DNA of 64,000 nt from an uncultured Holophagales bacterium (lineage in GTDB: Bacteria > Acidobacteriota > Thermoanaerobaculia > Multivoradales > UBA5704): assembly GCA_963842525.1 (NCBI GenBank), contig CAWJGT010000003.1:640001-704000 (forward strand), written 5' to 3'. The notes under the pieces are model-generated. The model was not told the DNA's origin. It saw only the letters and a program-made list of their open reading frames with translations, and searched no databases. Below are positions 31,868 to 40,830 of the stretch, piece by piece; the first letter of the stretch is position 1; every line of letters starts with the position of its first letter. The position numbers and the translations under genes were made by a program.

Positions 31868-33358
31868 GGTTCACCTGGGCTCCTGGCGGGCGAAGAGGTA
31901 GACGGCGAGGAGCGGCGAGCAGCGAGGGTTTCGAGGCCGAGGAGCGGCCAGGGCCGGCGCCGCGAGCGCCGAGCGCTCTCGGCCACCGGGACCTCCTGGA
32001 AGTGCGAAACGCGGGATGTCCCGGGGCTGGACAGTCCGCTGCGAGAGATAGCCGCTGGAAGAAGAGGATGTGGGGGCTCGCGGGGTCGCCGCCGTCCAAC
32101 CGCCGGACCCGGCCTTCCAGGACTGGCCGGAAGGCGCGGGCCTGGGCGAGGAACGCGCGGTCGCGCCAGCCGCCGGAGCCGGTCAGCCGCTCGGCCAGGT
32201 CCTGGATGAGCGAGGGCGGCGAGAGAGGCGGCGAGGTTGCGGGCGAGCCGCGACCTGCCGAGCTTGCGGCCGATCACCCAGCCGCGGACCTCGTCCTGGA
32301 GGTGCCCGGCGTCGTTCTCGGCGCGGGCCGAGACCCTCTCCCAGGCGTAGCCGTCGGCGGCCGCCCATTCCGGCGCCCGCCAGCGGCCCTCCCGGCTGGC
32401 GTGCTCGGCCGGCGATCTCCCGCTGGGCCTCCAGCATCCGCTGCGCGATCTCTCCTTCGCTCGGGAAGGGGAGAGAGGCGGTGCGCGAGGAGCGCTCCGA
32501 GTGCGGGGACGACGACCGCGGTGCCCACCCAGAGCAGCGTGAGAACGCTCAAGCTGGTGGACGGTGCGCGGGTCGCGGCCGAGACGAGGAGGGCGGTGCA
32601 GCGCGAAGAACGCCGCCGCCCACAGGCCGAGAGCACCACCAGCCCGGCTTTGAGCAGATCTTCGCTCCCGAGGGGCACCTCGCCCGGTCCGCGGAGCAGC
32701 AGAACGCTCGCCGCCGTGCCCCGGACGCGGGAAGCGGCCAGGCAGATCCAGACGGCCGCCAGCTTGCCAGCAGGATCTTCCAGCGGGGGATCGGTGCGAG
32801 AGGACGAGCTTCAGGGTGCCGGCCTCGCGCTCGCCGCAGATCGCGTCATAGCCCAGGAGGAAGGCGGCCAGGGAGAGGACGACCCGGATCGCGAACATCC
32901 AGTCCGGCGGCGCGGGACTGGGGAGGCGGTGGTTGCCAGGTTGAACCCGCCGGAGCTCGGGCTCGGCAAAGGGGCTCAAGCGCCTGGGCGAAGAGGTCCG
33001 GCGTTGCGGACTGGCCGCCGTCCACCGCGAAGGCGAGGCGCCAAGCGGGGCGCAGCGCAGGATGGCGTAGCTCGGCCAGATCGTCCAAGGTCGCCCTGCG
33101 CAGCATCCTTCGTAATCCGCCGCGCGCCGCAGCGTGCGCCCGGCTCTCGTCGCGGTATCGCGACGAAGCCGTGAGGGCCGGCAGGATCAGCAGCACCAGG
33201 ATCAGGACCGAGACGGCCCGGAACCGGAAGCTCGCGATCAGCCGTCTCGTCTCCTGCCGTGCGATCGTCGCGATGACGCGGCGAGGAGCCTCGAGAGACG
33301 CCGGGCCAGGCCGCGCAACGCGGCCGGACGTCGGGGAGGGAAGGGGGGGGGCCAGCAT
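31864..33358 (-). CDS. ABC-2 type permease, frameshifted
   Basis: PDWMFAIRVVLSLAAFLLGYDAICGEREAGTLKLVL. Confidence 0.78.
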
Positions 33359-33362
33359 CTCG

Positions 33363-34980
33363 TCATCCCAGAGCGTAGCGCTCGAACCGAGCCCAGGCTG
33401 CGCCGGCCGTCACGGCAGTCAGCAGCAGCAGGGCGAGGCCCTCCGGAGCGGCGCCGCGGAGGCGTTCCAGGAATCCGCGGCCCCGATAGGCGAACCGCGG
33501 CAGCTCCGCCAGAGGCAGCCGCCGCTGACGGATCCGCCTCGATCTCCTCCCTCTGGAGCTCGATCTTCCGTGCCACCTCCGCCGAGCTGAGGCGGTTGAA
33601 GAGATCGCGGACGTTGGTCGCGTCGACCTCCTCCGGCCGGAGCCCGAGGAGGTGCGGCCAGGGATGCAGCCGGTCCGGCGGGTCGTCGGTGAACCAGCGC
33701 CAGGAACGGAAGGCTCCGCGGCGCGCGAGATACCCCATGAAGGTGAGGCGATAAGCCCGGCAGGCCGCCAGGAAGTCGTCATGGTCGGCGAGCGAGGTCC
33801 CGGAGAAGGTCTCGGAGAGCCGGTCCAGAAGGAAGGCCGGCGAAACGGCCGCAAGGCTCAGCCCCAGCCGCTCCCCCTGTCGCAGACGGTCTTCATACCG
33901 CTGCCGGACCGCGTGGAGCTTCCCGGCGTAGACGATGCCGGACTCGATCTCGACCTGATAATAGGCCCGCAACGCTTCGTAGTAGGCCATCGAGCCGTTG
34001 CGGTAGCGCACGGCCCGGTGCGGCCCGTCCATATAGGAGATCGCCGTGTGCCCGGTAAAGTCGCGGCGCAGGGGATGACGGGCGCGCACCGTCGCGAGCT
34101 TGCGCATCTCCTCTGCAGCCAACTCGCGGCCGCGGGCCGCGGCTCGGCCCGCGGCCTCCTGCGTGTCGACGAGCCCTGCCGCCACCGACCATGCCGCCGA
34201 CGGGATCACGATCACCGTCACCAGCCAGAGGAGGACCGAGGCCACCAGGGCCTGCGAGGCGCTGCGGGCGAGCAGGGAGACGAGCAGCCCGATCAGAAAC
34301 ATGAGCGTGAGATAGCCCATGTAGGAGGCGAGCAGCGCAGCCACGCGCAGCCCGCGGTCCTGGAAGGTCGCGAGCCCGACCGTCCCGGCCAGGACCCCGC
34401 AGCAGACCAGGAGCGCCGCCGCGAGAGGAAGAAACAGCGTGAGCAGCCCGCCGAGCACCTTGCCGGCGAGGACCGTCCGGCGCGAGGTGCCCTGCGCGAG
34501 CACCATGCGCAGCGTTCCCTCCTCGCGCTCACCGATCACCGCGTCGCAGGCGAGGAGCAGGGCGAGGAGGCCCAGGACGACCGCCACGATGGTGGTGAAA
34601 TCCACCTCGGAGGCCGGCAAGGCCACCAGGAGCTCGTTGCCCCGGGAGCCGCCCGCGGCCTCCGCCGGCACCGCGAACAGATGAATGCTCACGTCGGTGC
34701 CGAGGCGCGTCTCGAAACCCTGATCAAAGACGCTCAAGGGCTCCGGCGGGCGCACGAGGAGCGGCTGGAGAAAGGAATAGACCGAAGCGCTCGCGAGCTG
34801 TCTCTGATGCGCCGCCACGCGGTCGCGGTATGCGTTCCACCGCAGCTCGTAATCGCGCGCCGCGATCCACGTCGAGGCTGCCGCGAGCACGATCGTCAGG
34901 ATCGCTCCGACCCAGAAGCGGAAGCTCGCCAGGTGATGGAGCACTTCGCGATGGATACAGGCGCGGAGCATGGTTTTCAT
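33363..34980 (-). CDS. ABC-2 type permease
   Basis: DFTTIVAVVLGLLALLLACDAVIGEREEGTLRMVL; one frameshift near the 3' end. Confidence 0.82.
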
Positions 34981-35021
34981 CCCGATCGATTGCGTTGCGT
35001 CACGGTCCGCGGACCGGAAAG

Positions 35022-35037
35022 TGCAGCCGCCGTGCCA
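35022..35037 (-). promoter_or_regulatory. sigma54 promoter for the ABC operon
   Basis: TGGCAC-GGCGG-CTGCA (GG-N10-GC). Confidence 0.75.
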
Positions 35038-35077
35038 GGGCCCGTCGCAGCGGACCTCGCCGGATCGGCCCTCTCCG

Positions 35078-35115
35078 GGGTAGCCGGTTACCCTCCGGCG
35101 GGTAACGGCTTACCC
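35078..35115. promoter_or_regulatory. Tandem palindromic enhancer (UAS) sites
   Basis: GGGTAGCCGGTTACCC and GGGTAACGGCTTACCC, starts 22 bp apart. Confidence 0.75.
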
Positions 35116-35170
35116 ATTCCACAGCTCCTGGTCGACCCCGCTCCGGGAATCGTCCTCGTTGCCGGCGGCC

Positions 35171-35186
35171 TGGTCCGGCCCTTGCA
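35171..35186 (+). promoter_or_regulatory. sigma54 promoter for radical SAM and precursor genes
   Basis: TGGTCC-GGCCC-TTGCA (GG-N10-GC). Confidence 0.7.
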
Positions 35187-35238
35187 CTAGGGGACCTGCG
35201 TCCGCCGTCATCCATTCCACGATCGAAGAGAGGCCATC

Positions 35239-36748
35239 ATGATCCGGACCAGCAGCTACACGATCTATGTGAAATTGCCGGACAACGATGACGAGGTCCT
35301 CCTGGTGCACGGCTACACCGGCGCCTACGACAGGGTCTCGCGGGACGTGGCCGACTTCCTCCGCTCCCGCGAGACCCGAGGCACGGCGAAGCCTCTCTAC
35401 GGCGCGTGGAGCGCCGAGGCGGAGCCGGAGCCGCGGGACGCGGCGGGCGCCATCTCGGATGCGACGATCGACCTCCTGCGCGAGCAAGGTTATCTAACCG
35501 AGCTCTCCCCGGACGAGGAGGAAGCCTTTTTCTCGCAGCTCGCGACCGCGCTCCACGCACGCGCTCTGCAACAGGCGCCGAGCTACATCTTCATGCCGAC
35601 CTACGACTGCAACCTGCGGTGCTCCTATTGCTATCAGGACCACATGCGCACCGACTGCAGCTTCAAGCACCTGCTGCGCACCATGCGGCCGGCGATGATC
35701 GATCGCATTTTCGCCGCCCTGCCGCGCATCGAGGAGCGGCACGGCCTGGACGCGAGCACGCCGCGCCGGCGCAACATCGGCTTTTTCGGCGGCGAGCCGC
35801 TGCTCGCGGCGAACCGCCCGATCGTCGAGCAGATCCTCGCCCGTGCCTTCGAGATAGGGGAGGCGGATATCTGGGCCGTCACCAACGGCACGGAGATCGA
35901 CGCCTATGCCGACCTGCTCGGGCCCGCCGGCATCGCCTCTCTCCAGATCACGTTGGACGGCCCACCGCGCCAGCACGACCGCCGGCGTGTCTACGCGGAC
36001 GGCTCGGGCTCCTACGAGCGGATCGCGGCCAATATCTCGATGGCGCTCGCAAGGGGAGCCGCGGTCAGCATCCGGCTGAACGTGGACCGCGCGAACCTGG
36101 ACGACCTGCCGGCCATGGCCGACGAGATCGTGGCCCGCGGCTGGGACCGCCATCCGAAGTTCTCGGCCTACACCTCGCCGGTGCGGGCCGGCAACGGCAA
36201 GACCGATCCGAAGTCCGTCTTCAGCTCCGTGGGACCTCGACCGGTCGCTCACGCGGATGCGCGAGGAGCATCCGAACGTGGCGGTCCTGGCGCGCCCTGA
36301 CGAAGGGATGCGCGCGCGGGCGCGGCGGATCTTCGACGCCGACCAGGAGGTCCTGCCGAGCCTGCGGCCCAGCTTCTGCGGCGCCCACGACCGCATGTAC
36401 ATCTTCGATCCCTTCGGCGACATCTACGCCTGCTGGGAACGGACCGGCGACCCGGACGTGCGGATCGGCCGTGTCACTCCGGACGGCGACGTCGAGATGA
36501 AGGCCGACCAGGTCGCAATGTGGCGCAGCCGCACGGTGGCCAGCAACCCGGTCTGCCGGCGCTGCCGCTATGCGCTCCATTGCGGCGGCGGCTGCGCCGT
36601 GCTGGCGCTCTCCCAGAGCGGCCAATTCAATTCCAATTATTGTGACGGTTTCGCCGCCCGCTTCCGCGCGAGCGTCGCCGAAGCCTACCTGGCGCACGTC
36701 GCCGGGGCTCCGTCGGCCTCTCTCGGGCAGCGGGTCTGTGATCTCTGA
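35239..36748 (+). CDS. Radical SAM/SPASM peptide maturase, frameshift near 36230
   Basis: CNLRCSYC, FFGGEPLL, TNG; SPASM CGA..GDIYAC..CRRC.Y..CGGGC..C. Confidence 0.9.
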
Positions 36749-36776
36749 TCAATGAAGCCTTCGCGGAGGAAGAATC

Positions 36777-37001
36777 ATGAAAAAGACACGACGCGCCCAG
36801 GAAATCACCCGTTTCGGCCGTGCCGCGTTCCGCATCACCGCGGCCGACGTGTGCAACGCGGAGCTGCTGGACGAGGCCCTCGCCCGGGTGATCGGAAGCC
36901 TTTCGATCACGCCGGGCGGAGATTGCTCTTTGTTCACCTGCCATCTCTACGCGCCTCCTCCGCTCCCTCCGCCCAACGCTGTAACTAATGTAACTGAATA
37001 G
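36777..37001 (+). CDS. Putative RiPP precursor peptide (74 aa)
   Basis: GGAGG RBS; leader-like ELLDEALARVIGS; core with CSLFTC; adjacent to rSAM gene. Confidence 0.7.
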   Translation: MKKTRRAQEITRFGRAAFRITAADVCNAELLDEALARVIGSLSITPGGDCSLFTCHLYAPPPLPPPNAVTNVTE

Positions 37002-37146
37002 CCGATCGAGCCCTTCCGGCCCCTGGGAGGTTCCTCCCGGGGGCCTCATCCCTCCGTCGTTCGTAGCCTGCTCTCTCTCTCGTTCACTCCCGTCTGGCTT
37101 TCCCGGATTCCCAAACCGTCTTGTGATCATTGGCTCCAGGCGGCAA

Positions 37147-37184
37147 GGGTAATCGATTACCCAGGAATGGGAAAGCGATGACTC
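37147..37184. promoter_or_regulatory. Tandem UAS sites upstream of the fulvocin-like gene
   Basis: Perfect palindrome GGGTAATCGATTACCC plus degenerate GGGAAAGCGATGACTC, 22 bp apart. Confidence 0.72.
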
Positions 37185-37224
37185 AGTTTTTACGGAAAAT
37201 GGCTGTAAATCGATGCTCCGGAAC

Positions 37225-37240
37225 TGGCATCGCCATTGCA
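37225..37240 (+). promoter_or_regulatory. sigma54 promoter
   Basis: TGGCAT-CGCCA-TTGCA. Confidence 0.78.
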
Positions 37241-37325
37241 ATTTTCAAAGGCAGGTGCGGTAAGGAGATTGGAAACCCGCCTTGGGTCGAAAAACCGAGG
37301 CCCTTTGAAAAGAGAGGAGACAACG

Positions 37326-38047
37326 ATGACCAGGCTGAGCCGCAACCGTGTCCGTTTCTTCGTCCCCGCCGTCGCCTTCGCAGCCGTTCTCTTGCTGGCC
37401 CAGGCCGCTCCGGCGCAGATGTGTAACGCCGAAGCCCACAACTGGGTGAAGGCGCATCGCAACGAGCTTCCCCAAATCGTATGAGGAGTTCACGCAGTTC
37501 CCTCTGAATTATCGGCAAGCCATCTATTCGGCCCTGGATGCGGGGACCCGGAGCGGGCTCTGGCAGGCGCAGCTCGAGCTCGGCGCTGCAGCGTGAGGAC
37601 CTGACCGAGGCGCAGAGGGACGTCCTCTTCGAAGCGGTCCAGCTCGCCACGCCTGAGACCTTTGCGGCCGCCAAGAACCGGCGTGAGCGGAGCCGAGCGC
37701 TCCGGCAGGTGGAAGAGTTTGACAAGAGGGCGCGTGCGGCGTTCGGCGAAAAGGCGGGTGAGCTCTTTGGACGCCTCGGCCCTGCCGATCTCGAGTTCCT
37801 GGTGGTCGACCGGCGCGAAGCGCAGTCCACGAAACAGGGGGTCCGTGGCGTGAATTCGGCCCTTCTCACCACAGCCCCTCCTCTCTGCAGTTGCAGCACC
37901 GACTCCGACTGGTGCAACAACGCCTCGCACTGCGTGTCCGGCGGCTGCACGCTGGTCCGCGATGAGTGCGGCACTTGGTGGATCTACGATTGCAACGGCC
38001 TGTGCCATGTGAACGGGACGACCGAAATCATTCAGATCCAGCAGTAG
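37326..38047 (+). CDS. Bacteriocin fulvocin C-related protein, frameshifted
   Basis: Signal peptide, WV..H..ELP / YRQAIY prodomain, C-terminal 8-Cys CSCSTDSDWCNNASHCVSGGCTLVRDECGTWWIYDCNGLC. Confidence 0.75.
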
Positions 38048-38072
38048 CTCGCGAGGTCCCACCTCCGACGAA

Positions 38073-38103
38073 AAGGGCCCGCGGCGCTGTGCCGCGGGCC
38101 TTC
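38073..38103. terminator. Hairpin terminator
   Basis: GGCCCGCGGC..GCCGCGGGCC stem between convergent genes. Confidence 0.65.
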
Positions 38104-38320
38104 GATCGTTCAGGAATACCAGTCCCCACTAATAGCAGTTCTGCCAGAACCAGCCCGTGATCGGGGCAACGCTGCCACCAGGCAGTCGCCGCTCGCGATC
38201 ACCTCGTCGGCGCACCCGCCGACCTCTCCCGTCCCGTCGTCGACGTCATACTCTCCGTCCTCCGTCCCGAGCGAGCCGGGCCGGTGGCCCGCAGCAGGGC
38301 GGCCGAGGGGATGAAGCCGT

Positions 38321-39256
38321 TCACCGAGCGCGCAGGCCCGTCTGCCGCAACAGCCACTCCCGCTGCGCCTGGAAATATCCTGGTGCGTAACGGGTGTAGA
38401 TCCGCTCGCCGTCCTTCACCTCGAACTCGAGGATGCCGTGGTCGGCGTTCGGAAAGATTTTCAGCTCGATGGGCTTTCCCTGCTGTTGCAGCCTTTGCAG
38501 CTCGACGATGGTGGCCTCGTTCGGCGCCTCCAGGTCCTGGCCGCCGAGGAGCCAGAGCATCGGCACGTCGAGCTTCGCGAGGAGCGGTCGCGAGTCGTGG
38601 AACCAGGAATCCTTGGTGGGGAGCTTCCGCTTTATATAAGCCTTGACCAGGGCGTGCGGATACTTGAGGAAGCCTCCGCCTTCCGACCGCCCTGTGCCCC
38701 TCTTGTCGAAGACGAAGGCGGCGATGCCGTACGCTGCGAAGTGATAGGGCTCGTGGTAGTAGAGCGTCGCGGCCTCGTCGCCCGAGCCGTGGACGAGGAC
38801 CACCGCCGGGAAAGGTCCCTCGCCTTGCGGCAGCACCAGCTTGCCGAACAGCTCGATGTCGCCGCTGCGGAAGGTCGCGGCCTCCTCCCGTAGAGGCACC
38901 CTCTCGGCGCTTTTGGCCACACCGCCCACATCGGTCCATTCGAGACGGGCAGCCCTCGCCCCCTCCTTCCGGAAACGCACCCGCAGGTTGACGGGCGCAT
39001 CGGAAGCCCAGCCCGGGCCGGAGTGGAAGGAGAGGCCCTCGTCATCCGAGGGATAGAGCCGTTGGCTCCGGCCGGACTCCAGATCGCGGAAACGGAACGT
39101 GTCCTCGTCACTGTGGGCGATGGTGATCACCCGGCCGTCGTCGAAACGGTACGCACCCACGAAAGGCGAGGGCTCCAGGTCCCGCGAGCAGGCGGCCGCC
39201 AGGAGGAGGAGAGCGAAAACGGGCGCCAGGTGGCCCAGGAAGGTGCGTCGTCGCAT
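38321..39256 (-). pseudogene. Lipoprotein alpha/beta hydrolase with apparent in-frame loss of the nucleophile region
   Basis: LVHGSG, FDKRGTGRS, GGQD and ADH present; no GxSxG between them. Confidence 0.62.
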
Positions 39257-39438
39257 GCCAGTCCTTTCCATGTGCCCGGGATACAGCCGCGGACACACGA
39301 CGCACACTACGGAAGGGAGCTGCTGAGGGTTCCAGGAACGATCTCAGAGCGTCCGGACGGGCAAGCGACCGGTCGCGTTGACTTGCGCAGTGTAGAATCC
39401 TGCGGCGGTACAAGATCGAGGAAACGGAGCTCGCCGTC

Positions 39439-40485
39439 ATGTGGGATACATGCCTGAGGCGCCTCGCCTGCGCCCTCATGCTGCTCGTCGGACCGGCCGT
39501 GAGCGAGGCGCGGGCCGCCGAGGGCCCGGCCACGCCTCCAGCGCAGCCCACGCGGGTCGCGGCGAGCTTCTTCTTCAGCACGATCGAGAACGTTGACTCG
39601 GTCAATGAGACGTTCAACGCCGATTTCTATCTGCGCCTGGAGTGGGACGATCCGCGGCTCGCGGGGCTGCCTTCCGAGCAGATCGACCGCGCCACGATGT
39701 GGCGGCCGAAGGTCGAGGTGGTCAACTCGCGCGACGTTGAGCAGCCTTGGGAGCCGTACCTCCTGTTCCCCGGGCCGGGCAAGCTCACCCTGATGAACCG
39801 CTTCCATGGGACCTTCGCCGCGCCCATGGATCTCCACGACTTCCCGTTCGACCACCAGGTGCTCCCCGTCGAGGTCGAGTCGCTGCAATACACGGCGCGC
39901 CAGGTGGCCTTCCACTATCCCGGGCACGGGCGCCAGGAGCAGGGCTGGAGCACGATGCTGAAGCAGGAGGAGCTGCTGGGGAGCGGTGTACGGCTGCCTG
40001 AATGGAAGATCGAGGCGGTCCAGGTGCGCGAGCTCGAAAAGTACTACAACTTCATGGACGCCAGATATTCGCGGTACCGCATCGAAATCCTGGTCTCCCG
40101 CCGGTCCGGGTTCTACGTCTGGAAGGTCATCGTCATCGAGGCGATGATCCTGGTGCTGTCCTGGGTCATCTTCCTGATGGATGCGGGCGAGATCGGCAAC
40201 CGTTCGGCCGTCTCCGTCACGCTCCTCCTCGCGACGGTGGCGTTCAGCTACGTGGTCAGCGGAATCACTCCGCGGGTCTCCTACCTGACCCTGTTGGACT
40301 GGTTCCTGCTGGGGTGCTTCGGCCTGATTTTCCTGTCGATGCTGGAGACGGTTGTCGTCTACCTGCTGCACCGGCGGGGAACGAGGGCCGCCGTGGCCGC
40401 GCGGATCGACCGCTGGTCGTTGGCGTTGTTCCCCGTCCTCTTCCTGCTGGTCAATGCCCTGCTCTGGGTGCCGGTGCTGGTGTGA
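39439..40485 (+). CDS. Prokaryotic pentameric ligand-gated ion channel (GLIC/ELIC-like)
   Basis: Signal peptide, W.D.RL, W.P.....N, MDLHDFPFD.Q loop, four C-terminal TM helices. Confidence 0.85.
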   Translation: MWDTCLRRLACALMLLVGPAVSEARAAEGPATPPAQPTRVAASFFFSTIENVDSVNETFNADFYLRLEWDDPRLAGLPSEQIDRATMWRPKVEVVNSRDVEQPWEPYLLFPGPGKLTLMNRFHGTFAAPMDLHDFPFDHQVLPVEVESLQYTARQVAFHYPGHGRQEQGWSTMLKQEELLGSGVRLPEWKIEAVQVRELEKYYNFMDARYSRYRIEILVSRRSGFYVWKVIVIEAMILVLSWVIFLMDAGEIGNRSAVSVTLLLATVAFSYVVSGITPRVSYLTLLDWFLLGCFGLIFLSMLETVVVYLLHRRGTRAAVAARIDRWSLALFPVLFLLVNALLWVPVLV

Positions 40486-40496
40486 TGCTCCTCAGG

Positions 40497-40525
40497 TTGA
40501 CAGCAATTCTGGAGCGGCCTAGACT
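40497..40525 (+). promoter_or_regulatory. sigma70 promoter for the 62-aa gene
   Basis: TTGACA-N17-TAGACT. Confidence 0.62.
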
Positions 40526-40557
40526 CCGACGCCAATAAACAAGGGGAGGTAGATCGA

Positions 40558-40746
40558 ATGGCACGATTCTCCGGTACTGCGGACAACGGTGACATCAATA
40601 TAGCCCTGCGCCTGGCGATTGAAGCTGCCAAGGAGGGGTTGGGGTCGGATTTCGTCAAATGGATCCTGATTGTCGCCCACGGGGCCAACGGGGGCGCCGT
40701 CGGCCAGAACGACCTGACGGTAGAGATCGAGGCGTACGTCCCCTGA
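40558..40746 (+). CDS. 62-aa small hypothetical protein, paralog of 2677..2865
   Basis: GGGGAGG RBS; near-identical N- and C-termini to the paralog. Confidence 0.8.
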   Translation: MARFSGTADNGDINIALRLAIEAAKEGLGSDFVKWILIVAHGANGGAVGQNDLTVEIEAYVP

Positions 40747-40759
40747 TGTCCCCCCTCCT

Positions 40760-40786
40760 GGGGCGGGGACAAGCCCCGCCCCTACA
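40760..40786. repeat. REP-like palindrome
   Basis: GGGCGGGGACAAGCCCCGCCCCTAC. Confidence 0.55.
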
Positions 40787-40830
40787 GGTTCTGCTGCACG
40801 ATCCTCACGCCATCCACCGCTCTCGATGCA

